64,000 nt of DNA from Alphaproteobacteria bacterium (GCA_035437825.1 DAOMYX010000008.1:730-64729); one strand, 5' to 3'; positions 40,581 to 51,900 are shown, numbered from the stretch's first letter. Notes: generated by a model not told the origin, from the sequence alone. Numbers and translations are program-made.

Positions 40581-40604
40581 TGTCTCGGATTTTAACGGGA
40601 AGCG

Positions 40605-40985
40605 CTAGCCCGTCTTGCGCAACGTCAGCAGGGTTTTAATCTGCTCGGTCAGGCGGTTGAAATCGACCGGCTTCTCGATATACGCCGCAGGGCGCAGGTG
40701 TTCGACAGCAGCCTTGTCGCGCGGGTCGGTCAGCGCGGTCAGGAAAACGAAAGGCACCTCGTCATATTGCGGGTGCGCGCCGCGGATGCGCGACAGCACG
40801 TCATAACCGGACATGCCCGCCATAGCGCGGTCACAGAGAACGAGGTCAGGCTCGTTCTCCAGAAACTTTTGAAGACCTTCTTCACCGTTGGCCGCCTCGA
40901 TGACTTCGTAGCCCTGCACGGTCAGCTCGTCGAGGAGCATTTCACGCACCGGTGCCTCGTCTTCGATAAGCAGTATCTTGGTCAT
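40605..40985 (-). CDS. Single-domain response regulator (CheY-like receiver)
   Basis: The start is the ATG at 40985 after an AGGGAG RBS (MTKILLIEDEAPVREML...DLVLCDRAMAGMSG...YIEKP). Confidence 0.88.
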   Translation of the reverse strand: MTKILLIEDEAPVREMLLDELTVQGYEVIEAANGEEGLQKFLENEPDLVLCDRAMAGMSGYDVLSRIRGAHPQYDEVPFVFLTALTDPRDKAAVEHLRPAAYIEKPVDFNRLTEQIKTLLTLRKTG

Positions 40986-41131
40986 GGCAAACTCCCTCTG
41001 CACTTTTTGCATTGCCCACATATTCCGTCCCCCTGTTTTGCGGCGTCTTGTTTTTACCATAAAAATAGTTAAAGCAAGATTAACGCCCGCAAAAAATCAT
41101 CCCCCGCCGACAAGTCTTTTTATTACTTTTA

Positions 41132-43129
41132 TTATTGTATCCCATGCTCCCCCTGCGGCGCGGTTTCAGCATCCTGGCGCAAGCCTTGTGCATCGACCAC
41201 ACCCGCAAGCGGCAAAGTCACGGTGAGCGCTGTGCCCACACCGACCTTGCTGCGCAAGGAGATGGAGCCATTATGCAGCTCCACGAATTGCTTCACAAGA
41301 CTTAAACCAAGACCGGAACCCGGAATTCCGCCCGATGTCGAGGCGCGGAAATATTTGCCGAAAATCCGCGGCTGCTCGTCTTCGGGAATACCGACGCCGT
41401 AGTCCGTGACCTCTATCACCACGCTGTCCGCCTCGGCGAAGGCCATGACTTCGACAACGGGGCTTTGCGGTGAATATTTGACCGCGTTCGACAAAAGGTT
41501 CGCCATCATCTGGCGGATGACTTTGCCGTCCAGCCGCATCACGGGCGGCAAATCGCGCATGGACAGTTTAATCTGGTGCGATGGCGAAATATCCTGCTGG
41601 TCGGTACAGGCTTCTTCAATAACCTGCGCCAGATTGCAGTCTTCAATCTCAACGGTCAGCTTGCCCGATTCAATCATGTGCGCGGACAGCAGCGTTTCAA
41701 TCAGACGTATCAACCGCTCCACCGCCGAGCGGATGGTGACCGCCCGACGCTCCAGCATTTCGCGCGGCAACGTCGTGCCGCGGCTGAGGATAATCTGCGC
41801 GTTGCCGTCGATAATCGTCAGCGGTGTGCGGAATTCGTGACTGACCATCGAGATGAAGGTTCGTTGCTGTTCGACGACGTCTTTTTCCTTTTCAAGCGCG
41901 CTTGCCAGCTCCGCCGACTGCGCGGCCAGCAAGGCCTGCTGGCGTTTGTATTCGGAAATATCGGTGGTGGACACCACGATTTCCCCCGTGCTGGCCATGC
42001 GCCGCGCCTGCAGACGCACCCACATGCCGCTGGCAAGGCGAAATTCGCGTGTACCCTGCGGGTTTTTCCACCACTCCCGCATCTGGATATAACGCTGGTC
42101 GTCCTTGGACAGATGCACTTCATCCGCCATCAAATCAAAAGCATCCAGGATATGCAGGCCATGCAGCCGCGGCGCCGATTTGGGATAGCGCAGGAAATAG
42201 TGCTGGCTCATGAAACTGATGCAGCCCTTGCTGTCGATGGCAATCAGCGTATCCGGGCTGGCGGCCAGAACGGTATCGGCACGCTGGTTGGCGGCTTCGG
42301 CTTCGCGGGTGCGTTTTTCAATCAGCTCTTCCAGATGGCGGCGGTATTTTTCAAGTTCGCCTTCCGCCTGTTTCTGCTCCGTCACGTCGCGGAAGTTGAA
42401 CACCACCGCCTGCACCGTCACGTTGGACAAGAGGTTGGAGCCGATGGCCTCCAGATTGCGCCAGATACCCGTCTTGTTCCGCATCTGGAATTCCAGCGAC
42501 ATGCCGGCGGCGTTCGGCTCGGCCAGCAGGCGGTTGAAATTCTGGCGCATGATGTAGCGGTCGCTGTCATGCACGAAATCGAAAATAGTCTGGCCGAGGA
42601 CTTCCCACGCGTCATATCCCATCTGCCGCCCGAAGGCCGGACTGGTGTAAAGCACCGTGCCGTCGGCATCGAGCAGAATAATCATATCGTGCGCGTGTTC
42701 GATGATTCCGCGGAAACGCTCTTCGCTCTGCTCGATAAGCGCTTCGGCATCGGCAAGGTCTTTGAGCGCGAGAAGTTTTTCAAGCAAATGGCGGCCGACA
42801 GGCGATTGCAGCTCGGCAATGCTCATCACCTCGTCCACCCCTGCCTTCATAAAGGCGCGGCGGTTGTCTTCGTCATGGTCATCGTCGAGCAAAACCTGCG
42901 TATGTCCCGCAAACAGGCCGGTGATGTATTCCAGCGTTTCGATGGGCTGCGGCGGCACATTATTAATGAAGACAAGGTCGGGCTCGGGCTGCGGCGTCAC
43001 AAGGTTTTCAAAACCGACCGTGGTGAAGCGCGGCGTATAGCCCTCGATATTATTTTGCATAATATCTTCGAGCGCCGCCTGTGTGGCAGACGTCGCCGAT
43101 ATCACCAGACTATTCAGGATTTTGCCCAT
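41132..43129 (-). CDS. PAS-domain sensor histidine kinase with an N-terminal receiver-like region
   Basis: 665 aa with two PAS-like modules, H-box MVSHEFRTPLT, N-box LLSNAVKYS and G-box GSGLGLS. Confidence 0.9.
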   Translation of the reverse strand: MGKILNSLVISATSATQAALEDIMQNNIEGYTPRFTTVGFENLVTPQPEPDLVFINNVPPQPIETLEYITGLFAGHTQVLLDDDHDEDNRRAFMKAGVDEVMSIAELQSPVGRHLLEKLLALKDLADAEALIEQSEERFRGIIEHAHDMIILLDADGTVLYTSPAFGRQMGYDAWEVLGQTIFDFVHDSDRYIMRQNFNRLLAEPNAAGMSLEFQMRNKTGIWRNLEAIGSNLLSNVTVQAVVFNFRDVTEQKQAEGELEKYRRHLEELIEKRTREAEAANQRADTVLAASPDTLIAIDSKGCISFMSQHYFLRYPKSAPRLHGLHILDAFDLMADEVHLSKDDQRYIQMREWWKNPQGTREFRLASGMWVRLQARRMASTGEIVVSTTDISEYKRQQALLAAQSAELASALEKEKDVVEQQRTFISMVSHEFRTPLTIIDGNAQIILSRGTTLPREMLERRAVTIRSAVERLIRLIETLLSAHMIESGKLTVEIEDCNLAQVIEEACTDQQDISPSHQIKLSMRDLPPVMRLDGKVIRQMMANLLSNAVKYSPQSPVVEVMAFAEADSVVIEVTDYGVGIPEDEQPRIFGKYFRASTSGGIPGSGLGLSLVKQFVELHNGSISLRSKVGVGTALTVTLPLAGVVDAQGLRQDAETAPQGEHGIQ

Positions 43130-43278
43130 CCCGTATGAAACTCCCCTTGCGGCAGTATAGCCGCTTCACAGTATCGTGGAAACGGGTTAAAAAGCTCTTG
43201 CCTGTAGCGGCCGTCACGGCTTTCAAGATTTGGGGCGCCCGCCCCTCAAGATTCTTGAAAAATGCGCTTGCAAATTGC

Positions 43279-43306
43279 TTGACATAGTAGGTTTTACGGG
43301 TATATT
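43279..43306 (+). promoter_or_regulatory. Candidate sigma70-type promoter of rplU-rpmA
   Basis: TTGACA (43279-84), 16 nt, TATATT (43301-06), ~90 nt upstream of rplU. Confidence 0.45.
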
Positions 43307-43397
43307 GCGACATCTCGGATGGGAATCCGTGCGCGTATGCGTGCTTTGCCCTCCGCACGAATTTACAACAAACACTTGAAATGAAACGGTTATAGCT

Positions 43398-43709
43398 ATG
43401 TACGCAGTCATCAAAACCGGTGGTAAACAATACCGCGTCCAGAAAGACGATATTATCGAAGTCGAGTTGCTCGACGTTGAAGTCGGCGCATCCGTCACGC
43501 TGGACGAAGTCCTGCTGGTTGGCAGCGAAGGCAAGGCGAAAATTGGCGCCCCCACTGTTGCAGGCGCGAGCGTAAAAGCCGACGTCCTGAACCAGAAAAA
43601 AGGCGACAAAATTATCGTTTTCAAAAAGAAACGCCGCCAGAACTATCGCCGTAAAAACGGCCACCGTCAGCCCATCACTGTGCTGAAAATCACGGACATC
43701 AAAGGTTAA
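43398..43709 (+). CDS. rplU: 50S ribosomal protein L21
   Basis: [18 protein letters not shown]... is a canonical L21. Confidence 0.97.
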   Translation: MYAVIKTGGKQYRVQKDDIIEVELLDVEVGASVTLDEVLLVGSEGKAKIGAPTVAGASVKADVLNQKKGDKIIVFKKKRRQNYRRKNGHRQPITVLKITDIKG

Positions 43710-43750
43710 CAACATCTCGGTACGAGATAGACTTTAAGGAGTAATACGTC

Positions 43751-44023
43751 ATGGCTCAGAAGAAAGCCGGTGGTAGTTCCAGAAACGGTCGCGACTCAGC
43801 GTCCCAGCGCCTTGGCGTGAAACGCTATGGTGACCAACTCGTTCTCGCGGGCGGCATCCTCGTCCGTCAGCGCGGCACCGAATTCCATCCGGGTAAGTTC
43901 GTCGGCATGGGCCGCGACCACACCCTGTTCGCAAAACGCGACGGCCTGGTAAAATTCCACAGCGGCCTGAAAGGTCGCCGTTACGTTTCGATTGTTCCTA
44001 TCGATACGGAAGACGCTGCCTAA
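43751..44023 (+). CDS. rpmA: 50S ribosomal protein L27
   Basis: [27 protein letters not shown]... is a canonical L27. Confidence 0.97.
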   Translation: MAQKKAGGSSRNGRDSASQRLGVKRYGDQLVLAGGILVRQRGTEFHPGKFVGMGRDHTLFAKRDGLVKFHSGLKGRRYVSIVPIDTEDAA

Positions 44024-44049
44024 TTCCGGCGTCACAGCGCATTCATAAA

Positions 44050-44079
44050 AGCCGGGGAAAAACCTTCCCCGGTTTTTTG
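44050..44079 (+). terminator. Intrinsic terminator after rpmA
   Basis: CCGGGGAA-loop-TTCCCCGG, followed by TTTTTT. Confidence 0.8.
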
Positions 44080-44220
44080 TTAGGATAAAACACCAAATGC
44101 GCTGCGGCGTCAGACAAAAACCGGTTTTTCGAGAACCGGCGCGCAGCGTACCTGAGCGTACGCGAGCACCGGAAGCGCAGAAATGCCGGTTTTTGACAAG
44201 CTACAGTTAGCATTTGAATC

Positions 44221-45294
44221 ATGAAATTCCTCGACGAAGCAAAGATATACCTTGAAAGCGGCAAAGGCGGCCCCGGTTGCGTGGCCTTCCGCCGTGAAAA
44301 GTATATTGATATGGGCGGCCCCGACGGCGGCAACGGCGGACGCGGCGGCCATATCTGGTTCGAAGTCGTGGCAAACCTGAATACCCTCATCGATTTCCGC
44401 TATACCCAGCATTTCCGCGCCCAGCATGGCGAAAACGGCAAGGGCAGCAATATGAGCGGCAGCGACGGCAAAGACCTTGTCATCCGCGTCCCCGTGGGCA
44501 CTGTTATTCTGGACGAAGACAAAGAAACCGTGCTGCTTGACCTTGTCACTCCGGGTGAAAAAATCCTGTTCCTGCGCGGCGGCGATGGCGGTTTTGGCAA
44601 TGCTCATTACAAAACAGCCACCAACCGCGCCCCGCGCAAATTCTCGCCGGGCTGGCCGGGCGAAGAGCGCGCCATCTGGCTGCGCCTGAAGCTGATTGCC
44701 GATGCCGGCATCATCGGCCTGCCCAATGCGGGCAAATCGACGTTCCTGTCGGTCACCTCGCGCGCGCGGCCGAAAATTGCAGATTACCCCTTCACCACTC
44801 TCGCCCCGAACCTTGGCGTCGTGCGCAGCCATGACCATGAATTCGTGCTGGCGGACATTCCCGGACTTATCGAAGGCGCACATGAAGGCCACGGCCTTGG
44901 CACGCGTTTTCTGGGGCATGTGGAGCGCACGCAGGTGCTGCTGCACGTCATCGACGCGACACAGGACGACATCGTCGGCGCCTATAAAACCATCCGCGGC
45001 GAGCTGAAAGCCTATGGCCAAGGCCTCGCCAAAAAACCCGAAGTCATTGTTTTGAACAAATGCGATGCCCTCGGCCCCGAACTGGCCGAAGACCAGCGAC
45101 AAATACTTGCCAAGGCGACGCGCAAAAAAGTCTATACCATGTCCGCCGCTACGCATCAGGGCATCGACGAAGCCCTCGCGCTGGTATGGGAGCATGTGCG
45201 CAAAGGCCGCGAGAAAGAAGCCAAAGCCGCCGCCGAACAACCCGCACATGACGGATATGTCGCGCCCGCTGACATGGTTTTCGAAGAAGAATAA
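44221..45294 (+). CDS. obgE: GTPase Obg/CgtA
   Basis: [28 protein letters not shown]... with the G-domain motif GLPNAGKST. Confidence 0.97.
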   Translation: MKFLDEAKIYLESGKGGPGCVAFRREKYIDMGGPDGGNGGRGGHIWFEVVANLNTLIDFRYTQHFRAQHGENGKGSNMSGSDGKDLVIRVPVGTVILDEDKETVLLDLVTPGEKILFLRGGDGGFGNAHYKTATNRAPRKFSPGWPGEERAIWLRLKLIADAGIIGLPNAGKSTFLSVTSRARPKIADYPFTTLAPNLGVVRSHDHEFVLADIPGLIEGAHEGHGLGTRFLGHVERTQVLLHVIDATQDDIVGAYKTIRGELKAYGQGLAKKPEVIVLNKCDALGPELAEDQRQILAKATRKKVYTMSAATHQGIDEALALVWEHVRKGREKEAKAAAEQPAHDGYVAPADMVFEEE

Positions 45295-45307
45295 GCGCCG
45301 CAGAACG

Positions 45308-45673
45308 TCAGGGCGCAATCATGTTATCAATGCCGCGCGCATAAAAATAAAAACATCCGGCCAATATTGCGGCCGCCACGATGATATTCAGCACAATACG
45401 CAGCGGCGACATCGGCTTGGCCGATTTGTCTTTCATCATGCCGATGCGGAACATCAGCGACAGCCCCGTGACAACCGCCGCCCCCACCGTCAGCAGTGTC
45501 ATTTGCACATCGCCCGCCGTAAAGCGCCATGCCCCGTATGCGACACCGCCGCAAACACAGAGCAGGACCGCGCCCCAAACCACGCGGCGACGCGATACAT
45601 CACCAGCATCCGCCGCAGTCGCATCGGTGGGGTTTTCTTTTACGGAAAAAATATCCTTGTCATCATTATTCAT
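45308..45673 (-). CDS. Hypothetical small membrane protein
   Basis: 121 aa with three predicted TM helices. It fills the gap between obg and pepN. Confidence 0.55.
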   Translation of the reverse strand: MNNDDKDIFSVKENPTDATAADAGDVSRRRVVWGAVLLCVCGGVAYGAWRFTAGDVQMTLLTVGAAVVTGLSLMFRIGMMKDKSAKPMSPLRIVLNIIVAAAILAGCFYFYARGIDNMIAP

Positions 45674-45777
45674 ATCATGCCTGTGTCCTGTTTCTTCTTT
45701 GCAAGGATATATGATTTTTTACTTTTGATGCTTTATAATTTCGCTTCCGCCAACGCCGGACACAAGGAACATACGCG

Positions 45778-48381
45778 ATGCTGAGAACCGAAAACGCCCC
45801 CCAGACCAAATATCTGAAAGACTACAAAAAGCCGGATTTCAGCATCGAGCATATCCACCTCACCTTCGACATCCGTGCGGGCGTCACCACTGTAACCGCG
45901 AAAACGACCTTCAAGCGCGAAAATCCGGCAGCCAGCGCGCTGGTGCTGGATGGACAGGAACTTGCGCTCAAATCCGTCACGCTGGATGGCGAAAAACTGG
46001 CGGGCAACAGGTACAGCGTGGATGACGCCAGCCTGACCGTGCATGACGTGCCGGAGAAATTCACGCTGGAAGTCGCCTGCGATATTAAACCGGAAGAAAA
46101 CACCGCACTCGAAGGGCTTTATTTCTCCGGCGGCAATTACTGCACGCAGTGCGAGCCCGAGGGTTTCCGCAAAATCACCTATTACCTCGACCGCAGCGAC
46201 GTGATGACCACCTTCACCACGCGTATTGAGGCCGACAAAACCGCCTGCCCCGTGCTGCTGGGCAATGGCAACTGCATCGACAAAGGCGATTTGGGCGGCG
46301 GCCGCCATTATGCGGTATGGGAAGACCCGTTTATCAAGCCGAGCTATCTTTTCGCGCTGGTCGCGGGCAACCTCGGCCATATTCACGATACCTTCACGAC
46401 CATGAGCGGGCGCAAGGTTGACCTTTACATCTACGTCAACCACGGCAACGAAGACAAATGCGGCCACGCCATGAAGGCGCTGAAAGATTCCATGAAGTGG
46501 GATGAAGAAAAATACGGCCGCGAATACGATCTGAATATTTTCAACATCGTCGCCGTCAATGATTTCAACTTCGGCGCGATGGAAAACAAGAGCCTGAACA
46601 TCTTCAACTCCAAACTCGTCCTCGCCAAGCCGGAAACCGCGACGGATGCCGATTACGGCGCCATCGAAGGCGTCGTCGCGCATGAATATTTCCACAACTG
46701 GACGGGCAACCGCATCACCTGCCGCGACTGGTTCCAGCTGAGCCTGAAAGAAGGCCTGACGGTTTTCCGTGACCAGACCTTCTCCGCCGATATGAACAGC
46801 GCCGCCGTGCAGCGCATCGATGACGTCGAGCAGCTGCGCAACTTCCAGTTCCCCGAAGACGCAAGCCCGATGGCGCACCCCATCCGCCCCGACAACTACA
46901 TCGAAATCAACAATTTCTACACCCCCACCGTGTACGAAAAAGGCGCGGAAGTTATCCGGATGATTCACACCCTGCTGGGCGCTGAAAAATACCGCAAAGG
47001 CACGGATTTGTACTTCGCCCGCCACGACGGACAAGCCGTCACTTGCGACGATTTCGTGCAGTGCATGCAGGATGCCTCCGGCGTTGACCTGAAACAGTTC
47101 AAGCTTTGGTATTCGCAGGCCGGCACGCCGACGCTGACCGTCACCAGTCACTATGACGAGGCCGGAAAGAAATTCCACCTGAGCATCCGCCAGGACACGC
47201 CCGACACCCCCGGCCAGAAAGATAAAAAACCGATGCACATCCCCGTCGCCGTCGGGCTTCTGGGCAAAGACGGCAAGGATATGCTGGAAGGCACCACCCG
47301 CGTTTTGCATCTGGTCGAAAAAGAGCAAACGTTTGTATTCGACGGCATAGCGGAAAAACCCGTGCCGTCCATCCTGCGCGGTTTTTCCGCACCGGTGAAA
47401 CTGAAGACCGACCTCAGCGATGCTGACCTTTTGTTCCTGATGGCGCATGACAGCGACGGCTTCAACCGCTGGGATTCCGGCCAGACCTATTTGCAGCGCC
47501 TTATCCTGTCGCTGGCCGCGGGCGCAGAAAAGAAAATGCCCAAGGCCTGCCTCGATGCCTTCGGCGCGCTGATTAAAGACACCAAGGCAGACCGCGCGTT
47601 GCTGGCCAAGGCACTGGTGCTGCCGTCCGAAACCTATCTGTCGCAACTGATGGATGTGGTGGACGTGGACGGGCTTTATGAAGCACGCCAGTTCGTCGCG
47701 CAGGAAATCGGCCGTGCGTATATGCAGGAGCTGACCGCGCTTTACACCGCCAACAGCGACAACGGCCCCTATAGCCCCGACCCGCTTTCGGTTGGCAAGC
47801 GCCGCCTGAAAACCGCCGCGCTGCGTTTCATTCAGGCCGCAGACGAAGCCGCTGCTGTCAAACTCGCCGCCGCGCAGTATAAATCGGCGACCAACATGAC
47901 GGACAAAGTCGCCGCGCTGGCGGTGCTGGCCGATACAGGCACGCCGGAGCGCGATGCTGCCTTTGCCGATTTCTATGCGGCATGGAAGCACGAACCGCTG
48001 GTGCTGGACAAATGGTTCAGCCTGCAGGCCATCGCCGACCGCGATGCGACTGTCGAAGACGTCGGCCGCCTGACCGCCCACCCCGACTTTACCTATAAAA
48101 ACCCCAACCGCCTGCGCGCCCTGATGGGCAGCTTTGCGATTGGCAACCAGAAGTGGTTCCACCGCAAGGACGGCGCGGGCTATCGCCTGCTGGCAGACAC
48201 GGTTATCAAGGTCAACGGCATCAACCCCTCCACCGCGGCGCGGCTGGTCGGCCCGCTCCGGAATTGGCGACGTTATGACAGCGCACGCAAGGGCTTGATG
48301 GAAAACGAACTAAAGCGCATACTGGCGGAGAAGGATATTTCCAACGACGTCTATGAAATCGTTTCAAAAAGCCTGAGCTGA
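45778..48381 (+). CDS. pepN: Aminopeptidase N
   Basis: 867 aa with GAMEN and HEYFHNWTGNR zinc motifs. Confidence 0.95.
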   Translation: MLRTENAPQTKYLKDYKKPDFSIEHIHLTFDIRAGVTTVTAKTTFKRENPAASALVLDGQELALKSVTLDGEKLAGNRYSVDDASLTVHDVPEKFTLEVACDIKPEENTALEGLYFSGGNYCTQCEPEGFRKITYYLDRSDVMTTFTTRIEADKTACPVLLGNGNCIDKGDLGGGRHYAVWEDPFIKPSYLFALVAGNLGHIHDTFTTMSGRKVDLYIYVNHGNEDKCGHAMKALKDSMKWDEEKYGREYDLNIFNIVAVNDFNFGAMENKSLNIFNSKLVLAKPETATDADYGAIEGVVAHEYFHNWTGNRITCRDWFQLSLKEGLTVFRDQTFSADMNSAAVQRIDDVEQLRNFQFPEDASPMAHPIRPDNYIEINNFYTPTVYEKGAEVIRMIHTLLGAEKYRKGTDLYFARHDGQAVTCDDFVQCMQDASGVDLKQFKLWYSQAGTPTLTVTSHYDEAGKKFHLSIRQDTPDTPGQKDKKPMHIPVAVGLLGKDGKDMLEGTTRVLHLVEKEQTFVFDGIAEKPVPSILRGFSAPVKLKTDLSDADLLFLMAHDSDGFNRWDSGQTYLQRLILSLAAGAEKKMPKACLDAFGALIKDTKADRALLAKALVLPSETYLSQLMDVVDVDGLYEARQFVAQEIGRAYMQELTALYTANSDNGPYSPDPLSVGKRRLKTAALRFIQAADEAAAVKLAAAQYKSATNMTDKVAALAVLADTGTPERDAAFADFYAAWKHEPLVLDKWFSLQAIADRDATVEDVGRLTAHPDFTYKNPNRLRALMGSFAIGNQKWFHRKDGAGYRLLADTVIKVNGINPSTAARLVGPLRNWRRYDSARKGLMENELKRILAEKDISNDVYEIVSKSLS

Positions 48382-48391
48382 AGGGTTCTCG

Positions 48392-49135
48392 ATGACCGAA
48401 ACACATAAGGACAAATGCCCGATTTGCCACAAGGACTTTGTCCCCGTTCGTATGGGCGAGAAAAACGATTATACGCTGGAAGCCTGCCGCGCCTGCGGTA
48501 CAGTCATGGTGCGCCCATGGATGACCAAGGAAAAACGCGAACAGTATTTCGGCGAGATAGAGCCGCAAATCACCCACACGCCCAATCCTGACGGCGATAT
48601 CATCCGCCGCAAACAGATTATCGAGCGTGTATTGCCGAATCCGTCGGGTAAAAAGTTCCTCGATATCTCCAGCCAGAATGGCTACACCGTCATGGCCGCG
48701 AAACAGCTGGGCATGCAGGCATACGGCATCGACGAACATGAATTTTTCGTCGAATTTGCACGCAGCCGCTACGGCGAAGAGCTTTTCGAAAACATCAGCG
48801 CCAAGGAATTTGCCGAAACCCATGCCGGCGAATACGACTTCATTTACGCGCTCGAGGCATTTTCTCTGCAAACCCACCCCGACGAGCTGGCGGCCGCGAT
48901 GGCCAAGCTGCTGAAACCGGGCGGCGTTATTTACATAGAAGAGCCAGATGGCAACCACTGGAACCTGCCCGGCAAATTTTCGGTCTGGCCCGTGGCTTTC
49001 CCGCCCATCAACTTCGTGTATCTCTCCAGAAAAGGCCTTGTCGGTCTTTTGAAGCGCAACGGCCTTGCTGTCGCCAAGCAATTCTGGTCGTGGTACCCGT
49101 TCAGCAAATTCATCATCAAGCACAAGAAACCGTAA
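48392..49135 (+). CDS. Class I SAM-dependent methyltransferase with an N-terminal Cys4 zinc ribbon
   Basis: CPICHKDF...CRACG, then a methyltransferase fold (FLDISSQNGYTVMAAKQLGMQAYGID). Confidence 0.8.
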   Translation: MTETHKDKCPICHKDFVPVRMGEKNDYTLEACRACGTVMVRPWMTKEKREQYFGEIEPQITHTPNPDGDIIRRKQIIERVLPNPSGKKFLDISSQNGYTVMAAKQLGMQAYGIDEHEFFVEFARSRYGEELFENISAKEFAETHAGEYDFIYALEAFSLQTHPDELAAAMAKLLKPGGVIYIEEPDGNHWNLPGKFSVWPVAFPPINFVYLSRKGLVGLLKRNGLAVAKQFWSWYPFSKFIIKHKKP

Positions 49136-49806
49136 TGCCCGCCGCGGCGCCAAAAGCCCCGCTCAGGCCGGATTTCAGCTTCGAGGACGCGCTGCGCAGC
49201 GCCGCCGGAGCGCCTCTTGCTGTCTGCGGCATTGACGAAGTCGGCCGCGGCCCTTTGGCAGGCCCCGTTGTTGCGGCCGCCGTTGTGCTGGCACGCCACG
49301 CTAAACACGCAGGACTATGGGAATCCATCAACGACAGCAAGAAACTCACCGCCGCCAAACGCGCCGCGCTTTATGCGCGTATCCACGATGCGGGAGAGGT
49401 TTCCATCGCCCTTTGCAGCGTCGAGGACATTGACAGCATCAACATCCTCCAAGCCTCCCTCAAGGCCATGCACAAAGCCTATAGCGCGCTGCCGCAGCCG
49501 CCGGACTGCGCGCTGATAGACGGCAACAAGGCGCCGAAGCTGCCCTGCCATACCCAAACCATCGTCAAAGGCGATGCGCGCAGCCTGTCTATCGCCGCAG
49601 CCTCCATCGTTGCGAAGCATTACCGCGACGAGCTGATGAAAAAACTGGGCGAAGAGTTCCCCGCCTACGGCTGGGCGAAAAATGCGGGCTACGGTACCGC
49701 GGCGCACCTGAAAGCCATTGAAATTCATGGCATTACCGCGCATCACCGCCGCAGTTTCGCTCCTATTTCTAAACTCATACTTAAAGACAATTCTGTAATT
49801 AGCTGA
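49135..49806 (+). CDS. rnhB: Ribonuclease HII
   Basis: The start is the ATG at 49135, overlapping the preceding stop by 1 nt. The motif is VCGIDEVGRGPLAGPVVAAAV. Confidence 0.93.
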   Translation: MPAAAPKAPLRPDFSFEDALRSAAGAPLAVCGIDEVGRGPLAGPVVAAAVVLARHAKHAGLWESINDSKKLTAAKRAALYARIHDAGEVSIALCSVEDIDSINILQASLKAMHKAYSALPQPPDCALIDGNKAPKLPCHTQTIVKGDARSLSIAAASIVAKHYRDELMKKLGEEFPAYGWAKNAGYGTAAHLKAIEIHGITAHHRRSFAPISKLILKDNSVIS

Positions 49807-49866
49807 TTCATTTGATTCTTTTTTGAAGATTTTTGTTGACGGCGAGTCCGCTTTGAATCATGATTC
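49805..49866. promoter_or_regulatory. Cluster of five GANTC (CcrM target) sites spanning the ccrM upstream region
   Basis: The sites are GATTC 49805, GATTC 49814, GAGTC 49844, GAATC 49855 and GATTC 49862. A TTGACG -35-like hexamer is at 49836-41. Confidence 0.5.
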
Positions 49867-49869
49867 TAA

Positions 49870-51015
<1,146 letters not shown>

Positions 51016-51106
51016 TTCCACCTTCGGTCAGCGCCAAACCCCAAACTCATGGCTCTGACCACTCCCTGGCGATGCCGCCCTCATCTGCGGCATAGCGCCT
51101 CCAAAG

Positions 51107-51140
51107 TAAAAAGCCCGGTGGAAACGCCGGGCTTTTTCAC
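51107..51140. terminator. Bidirectional intrinsic terminator between convergent genes
   Basis: AGCCCGG-loop-CCGGGCT, flanked by A-runs and T-runs. Confidence 0.7.
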
Positions 51141-51164
51141 TTTTTCCTTTTTTGATGGCGCGGA

Positions 51165-51851
51165 TTATTCCGCCACAATACGCGATGTGCCGCAGGCATC
51201 GTCCGCCGTCGGGTCGTATTGAATACGCACGCGCTGGCCGATGCTATAAACCGGCTCCAGCCCCATATATTGGTGAAAAAAGCAATTCGAGCGCACATCC
51301 GGCATGTAATATTCGGTGCGGGCGTATAGGTTTTTGCGTGTGCTGCCGTCGTTCATACGGTCGCGGCGCGGCGCATGCGCCTTGACCACGCCTGTCGTCA
51401 TGCGCAACCAGCCCTCCGGCGATGGGGCTTGCGCGGGCAAATCATATCCGCTGCGGGGATTTTGCAGTATCAAATTGTCATACCCGCGCGGATTTGCACG
51501 GCGCGCCACCGGCGGTTCTGGCTGCGGCGGCATATTATTATCATCATACATGCGCCGCGGAATATCCTGCTGCGCCATTTCTGCGGGCGCAGGCGTGCCC
51601 TTGGGCACGAAAATAGATTCCCGCTGCTGCGGCGACCACGACGATGCCCCGATATCGAACAAAATCGCCCCGCCAAACAGCACAGCCAAAAAAATACCTA
51701 TGCCTATCATTTTAGCGCGCCGCTCATATCCCGCAGCCTCGCGCGGGGACATATAACTGTCTTCAAGCGGCTGCGTATCGTCTTGTTTGTGCGGTACGGG
51801 CTGTTCTTCGGTCATTTGCCTCTCCCCATTTGAAAGTCCATTATAATTCAA
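51165..51851 (-). CDS. Hypothetical membrane-anchored Pro-rich protein
   Basis: 228 aa with one TM helix (IGIGIFLAVLFGGAILF). I recognise no family. Confidence 0.55.
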   Translation of the reverse strand: MNYNGLSNGERQMTEEQPVPHKQDDTQPLEDSYMSPREAAGYERRAKMIGIGIFLAVLFGGAILFDIGASSWSPQQRESIFVPKGTPAPAEMAQQDIPRRMYDDNNMPPQPEPPVARRANPRGYDNLILQNPRSGYDLPAQAPSPEGWLRMTTGVVKAHAPRRDRMNDGSTRKNLYARTEYYMPDVRSNCFFHQYMGLEPVYSIGQRVRIQYDPTADDACGTSRIVAE

Positions 51852-51900
51852 ATACAGGCGTCACAACCAAAAACGGTTTAAAAATCTGGAAAATGCACAA

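Noticed and set aside
41576-45318. Long antisense ORFs 41576-43138 (+) and 44110-45318 (-) opposite the PAS kinase and obg
   Set aside because: The reasoning is the same. They have no family motifs and overlap strongly supported genes on the other strand.
45733-48162. An 809-aa minus-strand ORF opposite pepN
   Set aside because: It is a shadow ORF of a GC-rich gene. Its composition is low-complexity Gly/Ala/Arg/Val, whereas the plus strand encodes a complete aminopeptidase N with GAMEN and HExxH motifs.
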